Assembly (NCBI GenBank): GCA_002938255.1
Contig: PTLB01000001.1
Location: 1-42,903 of the forward strand
Reading direction: 5' to 3'
Origin: Alphaproteobacteria bacterium MarineAlpha5_Bin3
GTDB lineage: Bacteria > Pseudomonadota > Alphaproteobacteria > HIMB59 > GCA-002718135
Length of the DNA: 42,903 nt
Under the pieces are notes generated by a model, which did no database searches, was not told the origin of the DNA, and saw only the letters and a program-made list of their open reading frames with translations. The translations under genes were made by a program, and so were the position numbers. Of the stretch, positions 27,588 to 37,453 are shown piece by piece. Numbering within the stretch: position 1 is the first letter of the stretch; every line of letters starts with the position of its first letter.

Positions 27588-28946
27588 ATGAAAAAAATTT
27601 TTGGTACTGACGGTATTCGCTGCATCGTCAATCAGGAGCCAATGACTACTGAAACTTGTTTAAAAATAGCGAAGGTGACAGGATATTTACTATCACATAC
27701 TAATAAATACAAAAGAAGAGTTCTTATATCAAAAGATACAAGACTTTCCGGGTATTTATTTGAGCCCTTACTTACTGCAGGTTTTATTTCCATGGGAATG
27801 GATGTCGTCCTAGTAGGTCCATTGCCAACTCCAGCACTACCGATGTTGATTAGGTCTCTTAGAGCCGATTTGGGGGTAATGATTACCGCTTCTCACAATA
27901 CGTATGAATACAATGGCTTAAAATTTTTTGATTCTGAAGGTTATAAATTTAATAGAACAATAGAAAAAAAAATTGAAAACATTATATCAAGTAAAACAAA
28001 GTATAATAAAATTATAAATTTAGGTAATATATCTGGAAAAGCCTTAAGACTAAATGATGCCCAGGGACGTTATTCAGAATATTTAAAATCTACTTTAAAT
28101 AATAAAACTATATATAAAAATTTAAAAGTAGTTTTAGATTGTGCTAATGGCGCAACTTACAATGTTGCTCCAAATCTTTTTTGGGAGCTTGGATGTGAAG
28201 TTATTGTTATTAACAATATCCCTGATGGTAAAAATATTAATTTAGAATGTGGGGCGGTAAATGTTACAAGTTTATCCAAAAAAGTAATTAAAGAGAAAGC
28301 CGATATTGGTTTCGCATTTGATGGAGACGGTGACAGAGTGATTGCTGTTGATGAAAAAGGCTCTTTAATAGATGGAGATAATATTATTGCATTGTTTGCA
28401 GAAAGTTTTTTACAATTAAATCAATTAAATAAAATGACAGTAGTGACAACAGTAATGTCCAATTTGGGATTTGAAGAATTCCTCAAAAAAAAACTTGGTA
28501 TAAAATTAATTCGCACAAACGTAGGCGATGTAAATGTTATCGAAAAAATGAAAAAACAAAAATATAGTTTAGGCGGAGAGCAATCTGGCCATATTATATT
28601 AGGGAACTATTTGGGCACTGGAGATGGTATATTGGCTGCTTTAAAGATTTTGGAAATATTTTATTTCAAAAAAATCAAAGCAAGCAAATTATTTGATTTA
28701 TATGATAAATGTCCTCAGATTAAGATTAACATACCTATTAAAAAAATGATAAATAAAGAATTGCAAAGACGCTTAAACAAACTTAAGAATCAATATATAA
28801 AAACACATCCTGACTTACGTTTATTGGTACGAGAATCTGGAACTGAACCTCTGATAAGAATTTTAGTTGAGGGAAAGGATAAAGGTCAAGTAAAATCTAT
28901 TTCTTTAAAACTTAGTTTAGACGTAAAAAGAATATTAAATGCCTAG
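27588..28946 (+). CDS. glmM: Phosphoglucosamine mutase
   Basis: MKKIFGTDGIRC, the active-site ITASHNTYEYNGLKFF, and GFAFDGDGDR are present. ATG 27588 is preferred over the in-frame GTG 27582. Confidence 0.93.
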   Translation: MKKIFGTDGIRCIVNQEPMTTETCLKIAKVTGYLLSHTNKYKRRVLISKDTRLSGYLFEPLLTAGFISMGMDVVLVGPLPTPALPMLIRSLRADLGVMITASHNTYEYNGLKFFDSEGYKFNRTIEKKIENIISSKTKYNKIINLGNISGKALRLNDAQGRYSEYLKSTLNNKTIYKNLKVVLDCANGATYNVAPNLFWELGCEVIVINNIPDGKNINLECGAVNVTSLSKKVIKEKADIGFAFDGDGDRVIAVDEKGSLIDGDNIIALFAESFLQLNQLNKMTVVTTVMSNLGFEEFLKKKLGIKLIRTNVGDVNVIEKMKKQKYSLGGEQSGHIILGNYLGTGDGILAALKILEIFYFKKIKASKLFDLYDKCPQIKINIPIKKMINKELQRRLNKLKNQYIKTHPDLRLLVRESGTEPLIRILVEGKDKGQVKSISLKLSLDVKRILNA

Positions 28947-30051
28947 AAACTTAATTCCAGAAGGTTTTAGAGATGATGTTTCAGAACAAGTGTTAACTGA
29001 ACATAAATTTACAAATGAATTTATAAAACATTTCCAATGTCATGGATATGAATTGGTTAAAACTCCATTAATTGAGTTTTATGATAAAAGCTTTGGAGAT
29101 AATTCATTTAATATCAAGGTAAAAAAAAATGAAAAAAGATTAATTTTACGTGATGACATTACTTTACAAATTGCAAGACTTTCATTTGCCCGTTTATCAA
29201 AAAAAAAAAGACCTTTAAAACTTTGTTATTATGGTGAAGTAGTAAGAAAACAAGGATCGATGCTTCGGCCTGAAAGACAGTTTTTACAAATTGGTGCTGA
29301 ATGTATTGGTGAAAAAAATAATTTAGCTGATGTTGAGATGATGGATCTGGCCTATTCATCTTTAAAGCTTGTTGGAATAAAAAATATATTTATTGAAATT
29401 TCATCAAGAATTTTTCTTGATAAATTCTATAGTTCAATAAAAAAATCACAAAGGTTAAATGATATTAAGACACTAATTAAACAAAAAGATTTAAGCGGTC
29501 TTTTAAAATTAGTAGAAAAAAAAAATCATCAATATTTAAGGAATATTTTTTCTTGCACAGGTTTGTATAAAGATAAGGTTGGAAATTTAGAAAAATTAAA
29601 AATAGATAAAAATAATTCTCAAGAAATCCAGAATATAAAAGATATAGTAAGCAGTTTTTGTATAAATAATAAAGGAGCTAAAGTATTTTTGGATTTATGC
29701 GAAATAGATGATAAAAATTATCATAAAGGAATTCGTTTCACCTTTTTTTCAAACAATATTAGAGGAGAAATTGCCAAAGGTGGCAGATATTTTGCAAAAA
29801 ATCTTGATCAAGAGGAAGAATCCACCGGATTTACTTGTTATATGGATACTATTTTGCGTGCTTCTTCATTTAAGCAAATTAACAAAAAGATAATGATAGA
29901 ATTTAAATTGAGTAAAACTAAAAAGAAACAATTAATAGAAAAAGGTTATGTAATTGTTACACATTTTGGTGAAGCAAAAAATATAAAGAAAAAAGCCAAG
30001 GAACATAATTGTCAATTTTATTTAAATAATAATAATATAAAGTCTCTTTAA
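28939..30051 (+). CDS. hisZ: ATP phosphoribosyltransferase regulatory subunit HisZ (HisRS paralogue without anticodon-binding domain)
   Basis: The class-II aaRS-like core has GFRD, LRDDITLQIAR, RQF.Q.GAECIG and GGRY. The 370-aa length is too short for HisS. It sits immediately upstream of purA, as in many proteobacteria. Confidence 0.8.
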   Translation: MPRNLIPEGFRDDVSEQVLTEHKFTNEFIKHFQCHGYELVKTPLIEFYDKSFGDNSFNIKVKKNEKRLILRDDITLQIARLSFARLSKKKRPLKLCYYGEVVRKQGSMLRPERQFLQIGAECIGEKNNLADVEMMDLAYSSLKLVGIKNIFIEISSRIFLDKFYSSIKKSQRLNDIKTLIKQKDLSGLLKLVEKKNHQYLRNIFSCTGLYKDKVGNLEKLKIDKNNSQEIQNIKDIVSSFCINNKGAKVFLDLCEIDDKNYHKGIRFTFFSNNIRGEIAKGGRYFAKNLDQEEESTGFTCYMDTILRASSFKQINKKIMIEFKLSKTKKKQLIEKGYVIVTHFGEAKNIKKKAKEHNCQFYLNNNNIKSL

Positions 30052-30057
30052 AATTTT

Positions 30058-31344
30058 ATGTTTTATACAGTTATTGGAACTCAATGGGGTGATGAAGGGA
30101 AGGGTAAGATTGTTGATTGGCTATCATCAAAAGCCGATGTTGTTGTAAGGTTTCAGGGAGGAAATAATGCAGGTCATACCCTAAAGATTAAAGAAAAAAT
30201 ATTTAAACTAAATCTTCTCCCATCAGGAATCATTCGAGGAAAGCAATGCATAATTGGTAATGGAGTAATTTTAGATCCTTGGGCGTTGGAGGAAGAAATT
30301 CAAATATTAAAAAAACAAGGTATAGTGATAAATTCAAAAAATTTGCAAATTGCCGAAAACATATGCTTAATATTACCATTACATATAATCTTGGATGAAA
30401 TAAATGAAAAAAATAGAGGGGAGGAAAAACTTGGCACAACTAAAAAAGGAATTGGCCCTGCCTATGAGGATAAAATCGGAAGACGTGCAATTCGTTTATG
30501 CGATCTGTCTGATGAAAAATTACTTAGAAAAAAAATCACCAACTTGATTTCTTTTCATAGTGTTCGTTTAATACATTTTGATAAAAAAATTAATGAGGCT
30601 GATTTAATTAATAAATTATTAAAAGTTTTTAATAAAATCTCTCAATATTTAGCTCCTACATGGAAAATATTAAATGATTATGGTAAGAAGGAGAAAATCA
30701 TATTATTTGAAGGTGCGCAAGGAGCGTTATTAGATATTGATTTTGGAACTTATCCCTTTGTTACATCATCTAATACTTCGTCAGGTCAAATATTCGCTGG
30801 AACAGGGTTTGGTATAAAAGATAATCATCAAGTTTTTGGGATTACTAAAGCTTATACGACAAGAGTAGGCTCAGGTCCTTTTCCGAGTGAATTGTTTGAT
30901 GAAATAGGAAATTATTTAGTTGTTAAGGGAAAAGAATTCGGTACGGTTACAAAAAGGAAGAGGCGATGTGGTTGGTTTGATACAATCTTGGTTAAACAAA
31001 CAGTTCAAATTAATGGTGTGAGCAATATTATTTTAACTAAACTTGATGTCCTAGATGAATTAAATGAAATAAAAATATGTGTTGGCTATAAAATTGATAA
31101 TTCTAATTATGATTATTTGCCGTTTAATGAAAATCTTCAACAAAGAATATTACCTATTTATAAGATAATTCCTGGTTGGAAATCTTCCACTTTCGGAATA
31201 ACCGAATGGTCTGATTTACCTAAGAATGCCCAAAATTATATTAACTACATTGAAGAAGTCATTAAAACAAAAATTTCTATAATCTCCACAGGCCCTGAAA
31301 GAAGTCAAACAATTGATAGAAATAATATTTTAAGTAATATTTGA
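30058..31344 (+). CDS. purA: Adenylosuccinate synthase
   Basis: GTQWGDEGKGKIVD, GGNNAGHT, TTKKGIGPAYEDK and RRCGWFD are present. Confidence 0.97.
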   Translation: MFYTVIGTQWGDEGKGKIVDWLSSKADVVVRFQGGNNAGHTLKIKEKIFKLNLLPSGIIRGKQCIIGNGVILDPWALEEEIQILKKQGIVINSKNLQIAENICLILPLHIILDEINEKNRGEEKLGTTKKGIGPAYEDKIGRRAIRLCDLSDEKLLRKKITNLISFHSVRLIHFDKKINEADLINKLLKVFNKISQYLAPTWKILNDYGKKEKIILFEGAQGALLDIDFGTYPFVTSSNTSSGQIFAGTGFGIKDNHQVFGITKAYTTRVGSGPFPSELFDEIGNYLVVKGKEFGTVTKRKRRCGWFDTILVKQTVQINGVSNIILTKLDVLDELNEIKICVGYKIDNSNYDYLPFNENLQQRILPIYKIIPGWKSSTFGITEWSDLPKNAQNYINYIEEVIKTKISIISTGPERSQTIDRNNILSNI

Positions 31345-32181
31345 AATCTCTTTTTGTAATTTTTCGATTGCTTTTTCTTCAATTTGGCGAACTCTTTCAC
31401 GACTAATATTGAACTGTTGACTTAATTCTTCAAGTTTTTTTGGTTTATCCCTTAATCGTCTAAGCTTAATTATCTCTTTTTCTCTTGGATTGAGAATTTT
31501 TAATGCTTCATTAAATAATTTTTTACGATGAAGATATTCATCTTTTTTTTCAAAGACTTTATCTTGTGCTTCGCTATCATCTACAATCATATCCTGCCAT
31601 TCAGTATTCGCTTCATGACCAATTTGAACATTAAGGGATTGATCACCTGAAAAAAGTCTACCTTCCATATCTTTTACTTCTGCCTCCTTTACATTCAATC
31701 TGTTTGCAATTTCTCTAACATTTTCAGGTGAGAGACTGCCATCATCAATAGATCCCAATTGATTTTTTAATTTTCTCAAATTAAAAAAAAGTTTTTTTTG
31801 CGCAGCTGTTGTACCTATTTTAACTAATGACCAACTATGTAAAACATATTCTTGTATTTGTGCTCTTATCCACCACATTGCATAGGTTGCTAATCGAAAC
31901 CCTTTTTCAGGGTCAAATTTTTTGACCGCTTGCATAATTCCAACATTGCCTTCTGAAATTAAATCCGTAACAGGTAGTCCATAACCCCTGTACCCCATAG
32001 CTATTTTTGCTACTAATCGTAAATGACTTGTTACAAGTTTATGTGCAGCTTCGGCATCTCCATGCTCTTTGTATCTTTTTGCAAGCATATATTCTTCTTC
32101 CGCTGTAAGGATCGGAAACCTTTTAATTTCTTGTAAATATAAAGAGAGACTTCCCTCTGATGACAGGATAGGTAAATGCAT
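31330..32181 (-). CDS. rpoH: RNA polymerase sigma-32 factor RpoH
   Basis: Sigma-70 regions 2-4 are present, plus the RpoH box QKKLFFNLRK. LISEGNVGIMQAVKKFDPEKGFRLATYAMWWIRA is also present. Confidence 0.93.
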   Translation of the reverse strand: MHLPILSSEGSLSLYLQEIKRFPILTAEEEYMLAKRYKEHGDAEAAHKLVTSHLRLVAKIAMGYRGYGLPVTDLISEGNVGIMQAVKKFDPEKGFRLATYAMWWIRAQIQEYVLHSWSLVKIGTTAAQKKLFFNLRKLKNQLGSIDDGSLSPENVREIANRLNVKEAEVKDMEGRLFSGDQSLNVQIGHEANTEWQDMIVDDSEAQDKVFEKKDEYLHRKKLFNEALKILNPREKEIIKLRRLRDKPKKLEELSQQFNISRERVRQIEEKAIEKLQKEISNIT

Positions 32182-32212
32182 GGCCGCCTATTATCACAAT
32201 TAATATTTAATT

Positions 32213-33181
32213 TTAATATTTAACTACGAAATTTAGTAAATCCTGCATATCTTGTGGTAAATTACTATTAAATTCTATGTATTTCTTGGACTTTGGATGA
32301 ATAAAACCTAAATGAAAGGCATGAAGAGCTTGCCTATTAAAGTTTTTTAAAATTAAAAACTTATTAAAAGCATCTTGATTTTTCCCAAATTTATTCATCT
32401 TATTTTTTCCATAAATTTTATCCCCTACAATTGGACAGTTTATTGAGGCCATATGTAATCTTATCTGATGTGTTCTTCCAGTAGCTAATATGCATTCAAT
32501 CAGACTTGCAATACCATAAATTTTTTTTAATTTAATACTTGTTTTTGAATACTTGCCTTCTTCAATATTGTTTAATGACATTTTTTTTCTGTTAATTCGA
32601 TGCCTCTCAATGTACCCTTCAATTGTTTGATTTTGTGGCGTTCCCCAAACTATGGCATTATATTTTCTTGAAATGGAATGATCTTTAAATTGGTTTGCTA
32701 AATTTAAATGCGACTTATTATTTTTGGCAACAACCATTATGCCACTTGTTTCTTTATCTAATCTATGAACAATTCCCGGCCTGTTAGTTCTATCGAAGTT
32801 ACTTAAATTATTATTTGTATGATTTAATAAAGCGTTGACTAAAGTGCCACTATTATTACCTGGGGCAGGATGTGTAACCATGCCAGCAACTTTGTTAATA
32901 ATAATAATATCTTCATCTTCAAACATTATATTAAGCGGAATATCTTCTGCAATAAATTTTTCTTGTTTGGGAATATGTAAGTTCAAATCATATACTTCAT
33001 CTTCTTTAACTCTATAAGATCCATTTTTTGCAGTCTCTCCATCTTTTTTGATATTATTATTATTGAGTAAAATTTTAATTTGGGACCTTGTAAAATTTGA
33101 TAGCTTAGCTAATGCTTGATCAAGCCTTTTTGAGTTTTGTTCTTTATTTATCTTTATTTTACAACTATAAAACTTTTCCAT
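32213..33181 (-). CDS. rluD: 23S rRNA pseudouridine synthase, RluA family with S4 domain (RluD-like)
   Basis: The N-terminal S4 domain is RLDQALAKL.., the catalytic motif is HRLDKETSGIMVVAKN, and GRTHQIRLHMA is present. It is adjacent to rpoH, as in many alphaproteobacteria. Confidence 0.88.
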   Translation of the reverse strand: MEKFYSCKIKINKEQNSKRLDQALAKLSNFTRSQIKILLNNNNIKKDGETAKNGSYRVKEDEVYDLNLHIPKQEKFIAEDIPLNIMFEDEDIIIINKVAGMVTHPAPGNNSGTLVNALLNHTNNNLSNFDRTNRPGIVHRLDKETSGIMVVAKNNKSHLNLANQFKDHSISRKYNAIVWGTPQNQTIEGYIERHRINRKKMSLNNIEEGKYSKTSIKLKKIYGIASLIECILATGRTHQIRLHMASINCPIVGDKIYGKNKMNKFGKNQDAFNKFLILKNFNRQALHAFHLGFIHPKSKKYIEFNSNLPQDMQDLLNFVVKY

Positions 33182-33467
33182 GTCAAAAAACTTTATTCAA
33201 TTTGTTGTAATAATTTTAGGCGTTTTCATAATAATAGCTTTTTTAGCTATTATTTATGGAATGTATTTAAAAATATCAAAATCATCTAATAATTTAATTA
33301 ATACCCCATATATTTTTTCTACAAAACTTAATAATAATGAAAAAATACTGAATATTGAAGTAATAGATAAAAATAAACTTCTTATTTTAATTGAAAGTGC
33401 TGACAATATTAAAGGAGCGATATATGATATCGAAAATAATGAAATTATTAGGTTTATTGAGAGGTAA
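33180..33467 (+). CDS. Small single-pass membrane protein, unknown function
   Basis: The 95-aa protein has an N-terminal TM helix (FIQFVVIILGVFIIIAFLAIIYGMY) followed by a beta-rich soluble tail. Its ATG overlaps the rluD ATG on the opposite strand. Confidence 0.5.
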   Translation: MSKNFIQFVVIILGVFIIIAFLAIIYGMYLKISKSSNNLINTPYIFSTKLNNNEKILNIEVIDKNKLLILIESADNIKGAIYDIENNEIIRFIER

Positions 33468-33498
33468 ATATACAGTTGTTTAGAATGAGGATGAATTA

Positions 33499-33726
33499 AT
33501 GGTGAAAACGAATAAAAATTTTACTTTTGAAGAGAACTTAAAAAAATTAGAAGATATAGTTGATCAACTTGAGTCTGGGGAAATAGATATAGAAAAATCA
33601 GTAGAATTATATGAAAAAGGAATGTTACTTAAAAATAATTGTGAGGCAAAGTTAAAAAAAGTAGAGCTTCAAATAAAAAAAATAAAGATGGAGAATAATA
33701 AAATTCAAAAGGAAGATTTTAAATAA
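33499..33726 (+). CDS. xseB: Exodeoxyribonuclease VII small subunit
   Basis: FEENLKKLEDIVDQLESGEIDIEKSVELYEKGMLL...C..KL is the canonical XseB pattern. Confidence 0.88.
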   Translation: MVKTNKNFTFEENLKKLEDIVDQLESGEIDIEKSVELYEKGMLLKNNCEAKLKKVELQIKKIKMENNKIQKEDFK

Positions 33727-33727
33727 T

Positions 33728-35641
33728 ATGAAATATAAATTTTTGGACCAAATTAATTTTCCTGATGATTTGCGTAATGTTTCAATTAACGATCTCAATC
33801 AAGTAGCAGAAGAATTGCGCCATAAGACTATAGAAGCAGTATCAAAAACTGGTGGACATTTGGGTGCAGGCCTAGGTGTTATTGAATTGACAATAGCACT
33901 TCATTATATTTTTGATACTCCTAAAGATAAAATTATTTGGGATGTGGGTCATCAAGCCTACCCTCATAAAATATTGACTGGTAGAAAACATCAAATTGAG
34001 ACGTTGCGTAAAGAAAATGGTCTTTATGGTTTTGTTAAAAGAAGCGAAAGTGAATACGACACATTTGGTACAGCACATAGTTCCACCTCTATATCAGCTG
34101 GTTTAGGAATTAAAATTGCTCTAGAATTAAAAAAGGATAATTCAAAAGTTGTTTGTGTAATAGGTGATGGAGCCTTGAGTGCAGGAATGGCATATGAAGC
34201 ATTAAATAATGCAGGAGCTATGAGTAAAGAGTTGATTGTTGTACTTAATGACAATGACATGTCTATTGATCAACCAGTTGGAGCTATGAGTTCTTATTTG
34301 TCCAAACTGTTATCATCAAATTCTTATTCAAATATACGATCAATAATTAAAAAAATATCAAATAAATTCCCAGATTCCTTTCAAAAGACTTTATATCGTG
34401 CAGAAGAATTCTCTAAAGGATTTCTATCTGGAGGAACATTATTTGAAGAATTAGGTTTTTTTTATTTAGGGCCCATAGACGGTCATAAGTTTGATCATTT
34501 AATTCCAGTGCTTAGAAATATTAAAATAAACAAAATAAACAAGCCTATTTTTTTGCATGTGATTACGAAAAAAGGTAAGGGATATAAGCCTGCGGAAGAA
34601 TCTTTAGATAAGTTTCATGGTGTAAATAAATTTGACATTGTAACTGGCTCTTCATTGTCCAAGGTTAAGAAAAAATCATATTCACAAGTGTTTGGGGAGA
34701 CCTTGTCAGATGAAGCTTTGAAAGATGAGAAAATTGTTGCTGTAACAGCAGCTATGGCTTCTGGAACGGGCTTGAATGTTTTTTCACAGCGGCATCCAAA
34801 AAAATTTTTTGATGTAGGAATAGCTGAACAGCATGCTGTTACTATGTGTGCAGGCTTGGCAACAGAAGGTTTTAAACCTTTTGCGGCAATATATTCAACT
34901 TTTCTTCAAAGAGCTTATGATCAAATAGTGCATGACGTAGCTATCCAAAAATTGCCAGTAAGATTTGCCATAGATAGGGCGGGTCAAGTGGGAGCTGATG
35001 GACCTACACATGCCGGATCATTTGATATAGCCTTTCTATCTACATTGCCAAATTTTATTATTATGGCAGCTTCAGATGAAACTGAGTTAATCCGCATGAT
35101 AAAAACTTCTATATTAATTGATGATCGGCCATCTTCCTTTCGTTTCCCAAGGGGATCTGTGATTGGGATGAGTAATGAAAGCAATTTATCTCCCCTTGAA
35201 GTTGGCAAAGGACGTATGATTAAAGAAGGTCATTCAGTGGCTTTGATAAACTTAGGGGCAAGATTGGAAGCATGTAAGGAAGCGCTAGACATACTCAGTC
35301 CGCAGGGATGTAAGCCAACATTAATGGATGCACGATTTGCCAAACCTTTAGATACATCGCTATTGGATCAAATTTTCAATAATCATGAGTTTGTAATTAC
35401 AATTGAAGAGGGCTCTATCGGGGGATTTAGTTCTTCAGTTCTTGACTATATTCATAACAAAAAAAATTCACCAACTAAATCTATAATAAAAAATATAATA
35501 TTTCCCGATAAGTTTGTTAATCATAACACCCCTGAAAATCAATATAAAGAAATAGGTATGAATGCTGAGTCTATTGCCAATAAAATACTATCTTTAATGT
35601 CTTCTGAGGTAGTTCACTTTAGTAATTATACAAAAAAATAG
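33728..35641 (+). CDS. dxs: 1-deoxy-D-xylulose-5-phosphate synthase
   Basis: GGHLGAGLGVIELTIALHY.F..P.DKIIWDVGHQAYPHKILTGR, the ThDP motif GDGALSAGMAYEALNNAG, and the 637-aa length support the call. Confidence 0.96.
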   Translation: MKYKFLDQINFPDDLRNVSINDLNQVAEELRHKTIEAVSKTGGHLGAGLGVIELTIALHYIFDTPKDKIIWDVGHQAYPHKILTGRKHQIETLRKENGLYGFVKRSESEYDTFGTAHSSTSISAGLGIKIALELKKDNSKVVCVIGDGALSAGMAYEALNNAGAMSKELIVVLNDNDMSIDQPVGAMSSYLSKLLSSNSYSNIRSIIKKISNKFPDSFQKTLYRAEEFSKGFLSGGTLFEELGFFYLGPIDGHKFDHLIPVLRNIKINKINKPIFLHVITKKGKGYKPAEESLDKFHGVNKFDIVTGSSLSKVKKKSYSQVFGETLSDEALKDEKIVAVTAAMASGTGLNVFSQRHPKKFFDVGIAEQHAVTMCAGLATEGFKPFAAIYSTFLQRAYDQIVHDVAIQKLPVRFAIDRAGQVGADGPTHAGSFDIAFLSTLPNFIIMAASDETELIRMIKTSILIDDRPSSFRFPRGSVIGMSNESNLSPLEVGKGRMIKEGHSVALINLGARLEACKEALDILSPQGCKPTLMDARFAKPLDTSLLDQIFNNHEFVITIEEGSIGGFSSSVLDYIHNKKNSPTKSIIKNIIFPDKFVNHNTPENQYKEIGMNAESIANKILSLMSSEVVHFSNYTKK

Positions 35642-35647
35642 TATATT

Positions 35648-36382
35648 TTGAAAAAAAGAGTTGATCTACTTTTAGTTGATAAAAATATTGTTGAGTCACG
35701 TACAAAAGCAAAAGCTATGATTATGGCTGGACAAATTTCAATTGATGGAAAAAAAGTTTTGAAAAGTGGTGAAACGTATGAAGAAGATGTTAACATTCAT
35801 GTAACAAAATTACATCCTCAGTGGGTATCACGAGGAGCGCTGAAGTTGTGTCATGCAATTCAAAATTTCAATATTGAAATAGCTAACTTAGTTTGTCTAG
35901 ATTTGGGCGCATCTACTGGTGGTTTTACAGAAGTGTTATTGTCAAAAAATGTAAAAAAAATATATGCTGTTGATGTTGGATCTAATCAATTACATGAAAA
36001 ATTAAAAAAAGATCCTAGAATTGTTAATTTATCAAAAACAAATGCTAGATATTTAAATAAAGATATTATCCATGACATAATTGATATTATTGTTTGTGAT
36101 GTAAGCTTTATCAGTATGAAAAAAGTTATTCAACCATCCCTCCAATTTCTTGACGAAGAAAATGGAGCAGTCATTGGTCTAATTAAACCTCAGTTTGAAT
36201 CTAAAAAGAATGAGATAAAAAGAGGAGGTGTAATTGTTGATCCTGCAATTCATAAAAGAATATGTCATGAATATAGAGAATGGTTTACTTCTACATGCAA
36301 TATGAAAGTCCAAAGAATTATACCAAGTCCAATAAAGGGCCCTAAAGGAAATATTGAATTTTTAATATACGCTAAAAAATAA
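35648..36382 (+). CDS. tlyA: TlyA family rRNA (cytidine-2'-O)-methyltransferase
   Basis: It has an S4-like N-terminus (KKRVDLLLV......SRTKAKAMI..G.+..DGK) and the FtsJ-type SAM motif CLDLGASTGGFTEVLL. The start is TTG. Confidence 0.88.
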   Translation: MKKRVDLLLVDKNIVESRTKAKAMIMAGQISIDGKKVLKSGETYEEDVNIHVTKLHPQWVSRGALKLCHAIQNFNIEIANLVCLDLGASTGGFTEVLLSKNVKKIYAVDVGSNQLHEKLKKDPRIVNLSKTNARYLNKDIIHDIIDIIVCDVSFISMKKVIQPSLQFLDEENGAVIGLIKPQFESKKNEIKRGGVIVDPAIHKRICHEYREWFTSTCNMKVQRIIPSPIKGPKGNIEFLIYAKK

Positions 36383-37453
36383 TTATCGGTAACGCAAGCA
36401 GTGATCGGCAAGTGTGGTTGCCATCATAGCCTCACCTACAGGAACAGCCCTAATACCTACACATGGGTCATGTCTTCCTTTTGTTGAAATTGTTGTTTCT
36501 TCTAAATGTGTATTAATTGTTTTCTTAGCACTTATTATTGAGCTTGTTGGTTTTACACAAAAACGAACTACAATATCTTGTCCTGTGGTTATTCCACCCA
36601 AAATACCTCCATTATTATTAGAAAGAAATATAGGTTTGCCATTTTGAATACGCATTTCATCAACATTTGAGATTCCAGATTCCGTAACACTTCTAAATCC
36701 ATTCCCTATTTCTACCCCCTTAACAGCATTAATACTTATTAATGCTTTGGCCAAATCAGCATCTAATTTATCATAAACAGGTTCCCCCAGCCCTGCAGGC
36801 ATTCCTTGGCATCTTAATTCAATTATAGCTCCTAGAGAAGATCCATCCTTACGTGCTTTTGAAATTATTTCTTCCCATTTAATTATTATTTTTTTATCTG
36901 GGCAAAAAAAATCATTTTTTAAAATAAAATCATCATTCCAGTTCTCATAGTCTATTTTGCTACTACCGATTTGTACTAAAGCTCCAGTGATTTTAAAATT
37001 ATTTTTTATTTTATGTTCAATAATTTTTCTTGCAATACTACCAGCTGCAACCCGCATAGCTGTTTCTCTGGCACTAGATCTTCCACCACCTCTATAATCA
37101 CGAATACCATATTTTGCCCAATACGTATAGTCAGCATGACCTGGGCGAAAGATATCCTTAATATCGGAATAATCTTTAGATCGCTGATCTTCATTATGAA
37201 TTATTAAAGAGATTGGATGACCCGTTGTTAGACTTTCAAAAACTCCAGATAATATTTCTACCTGATCTTTTTCTTGTCGTTGTGTGGTAAATTTTGATTG
37301 ACCTGGCCGACGTCTATCTAAATAAACTTGAATATCTTTTTCTGATAAAGAAATCTGCGATGGCACTCCATCAACAACACATCCTATAGCTTTTCCATGA
37401 CTTTCCCCCCATGTTGTAAAACTAAAAATTTTTCCTGATGTGTTGGATGACAT
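36383..37453 (-). CDS. aroC: Chorismate synthase
   Basis: [37 protein letters not shown] and GRHDPCVG are present. Confidence 0.96.
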   Translation of the reverse strand: MSSNTSGKIFSFTTWGESHGKAIGCVVDGVPSQISLSEKDIQVYLDRRRPGQSKFTTQRQEKDQVEILSGVFESLTTGHPISLIIHNEDQRSKDYSDIKDIFRPGHADYTYWAKYGIRDYRGGGRSSARETAMRVAAGSIARKIIEHKIKNNFKITGALVQIGSSKIDYENWNDDFILKNDFFCPDKKIIIKWEEIISKARKDGSSLGAIIELRCQGMPAGLGEPVYDKLDADLAKALISINAVKGVEIGNGFRSVTESGISNVDEMRIQNGKPIFLSNNNGGILGGITTGQDIVVRFCVKPTSSIISAKKTINTHLEETTISTKGRHDPCVGIRAVPVGEAMMATTLADHCLRYR

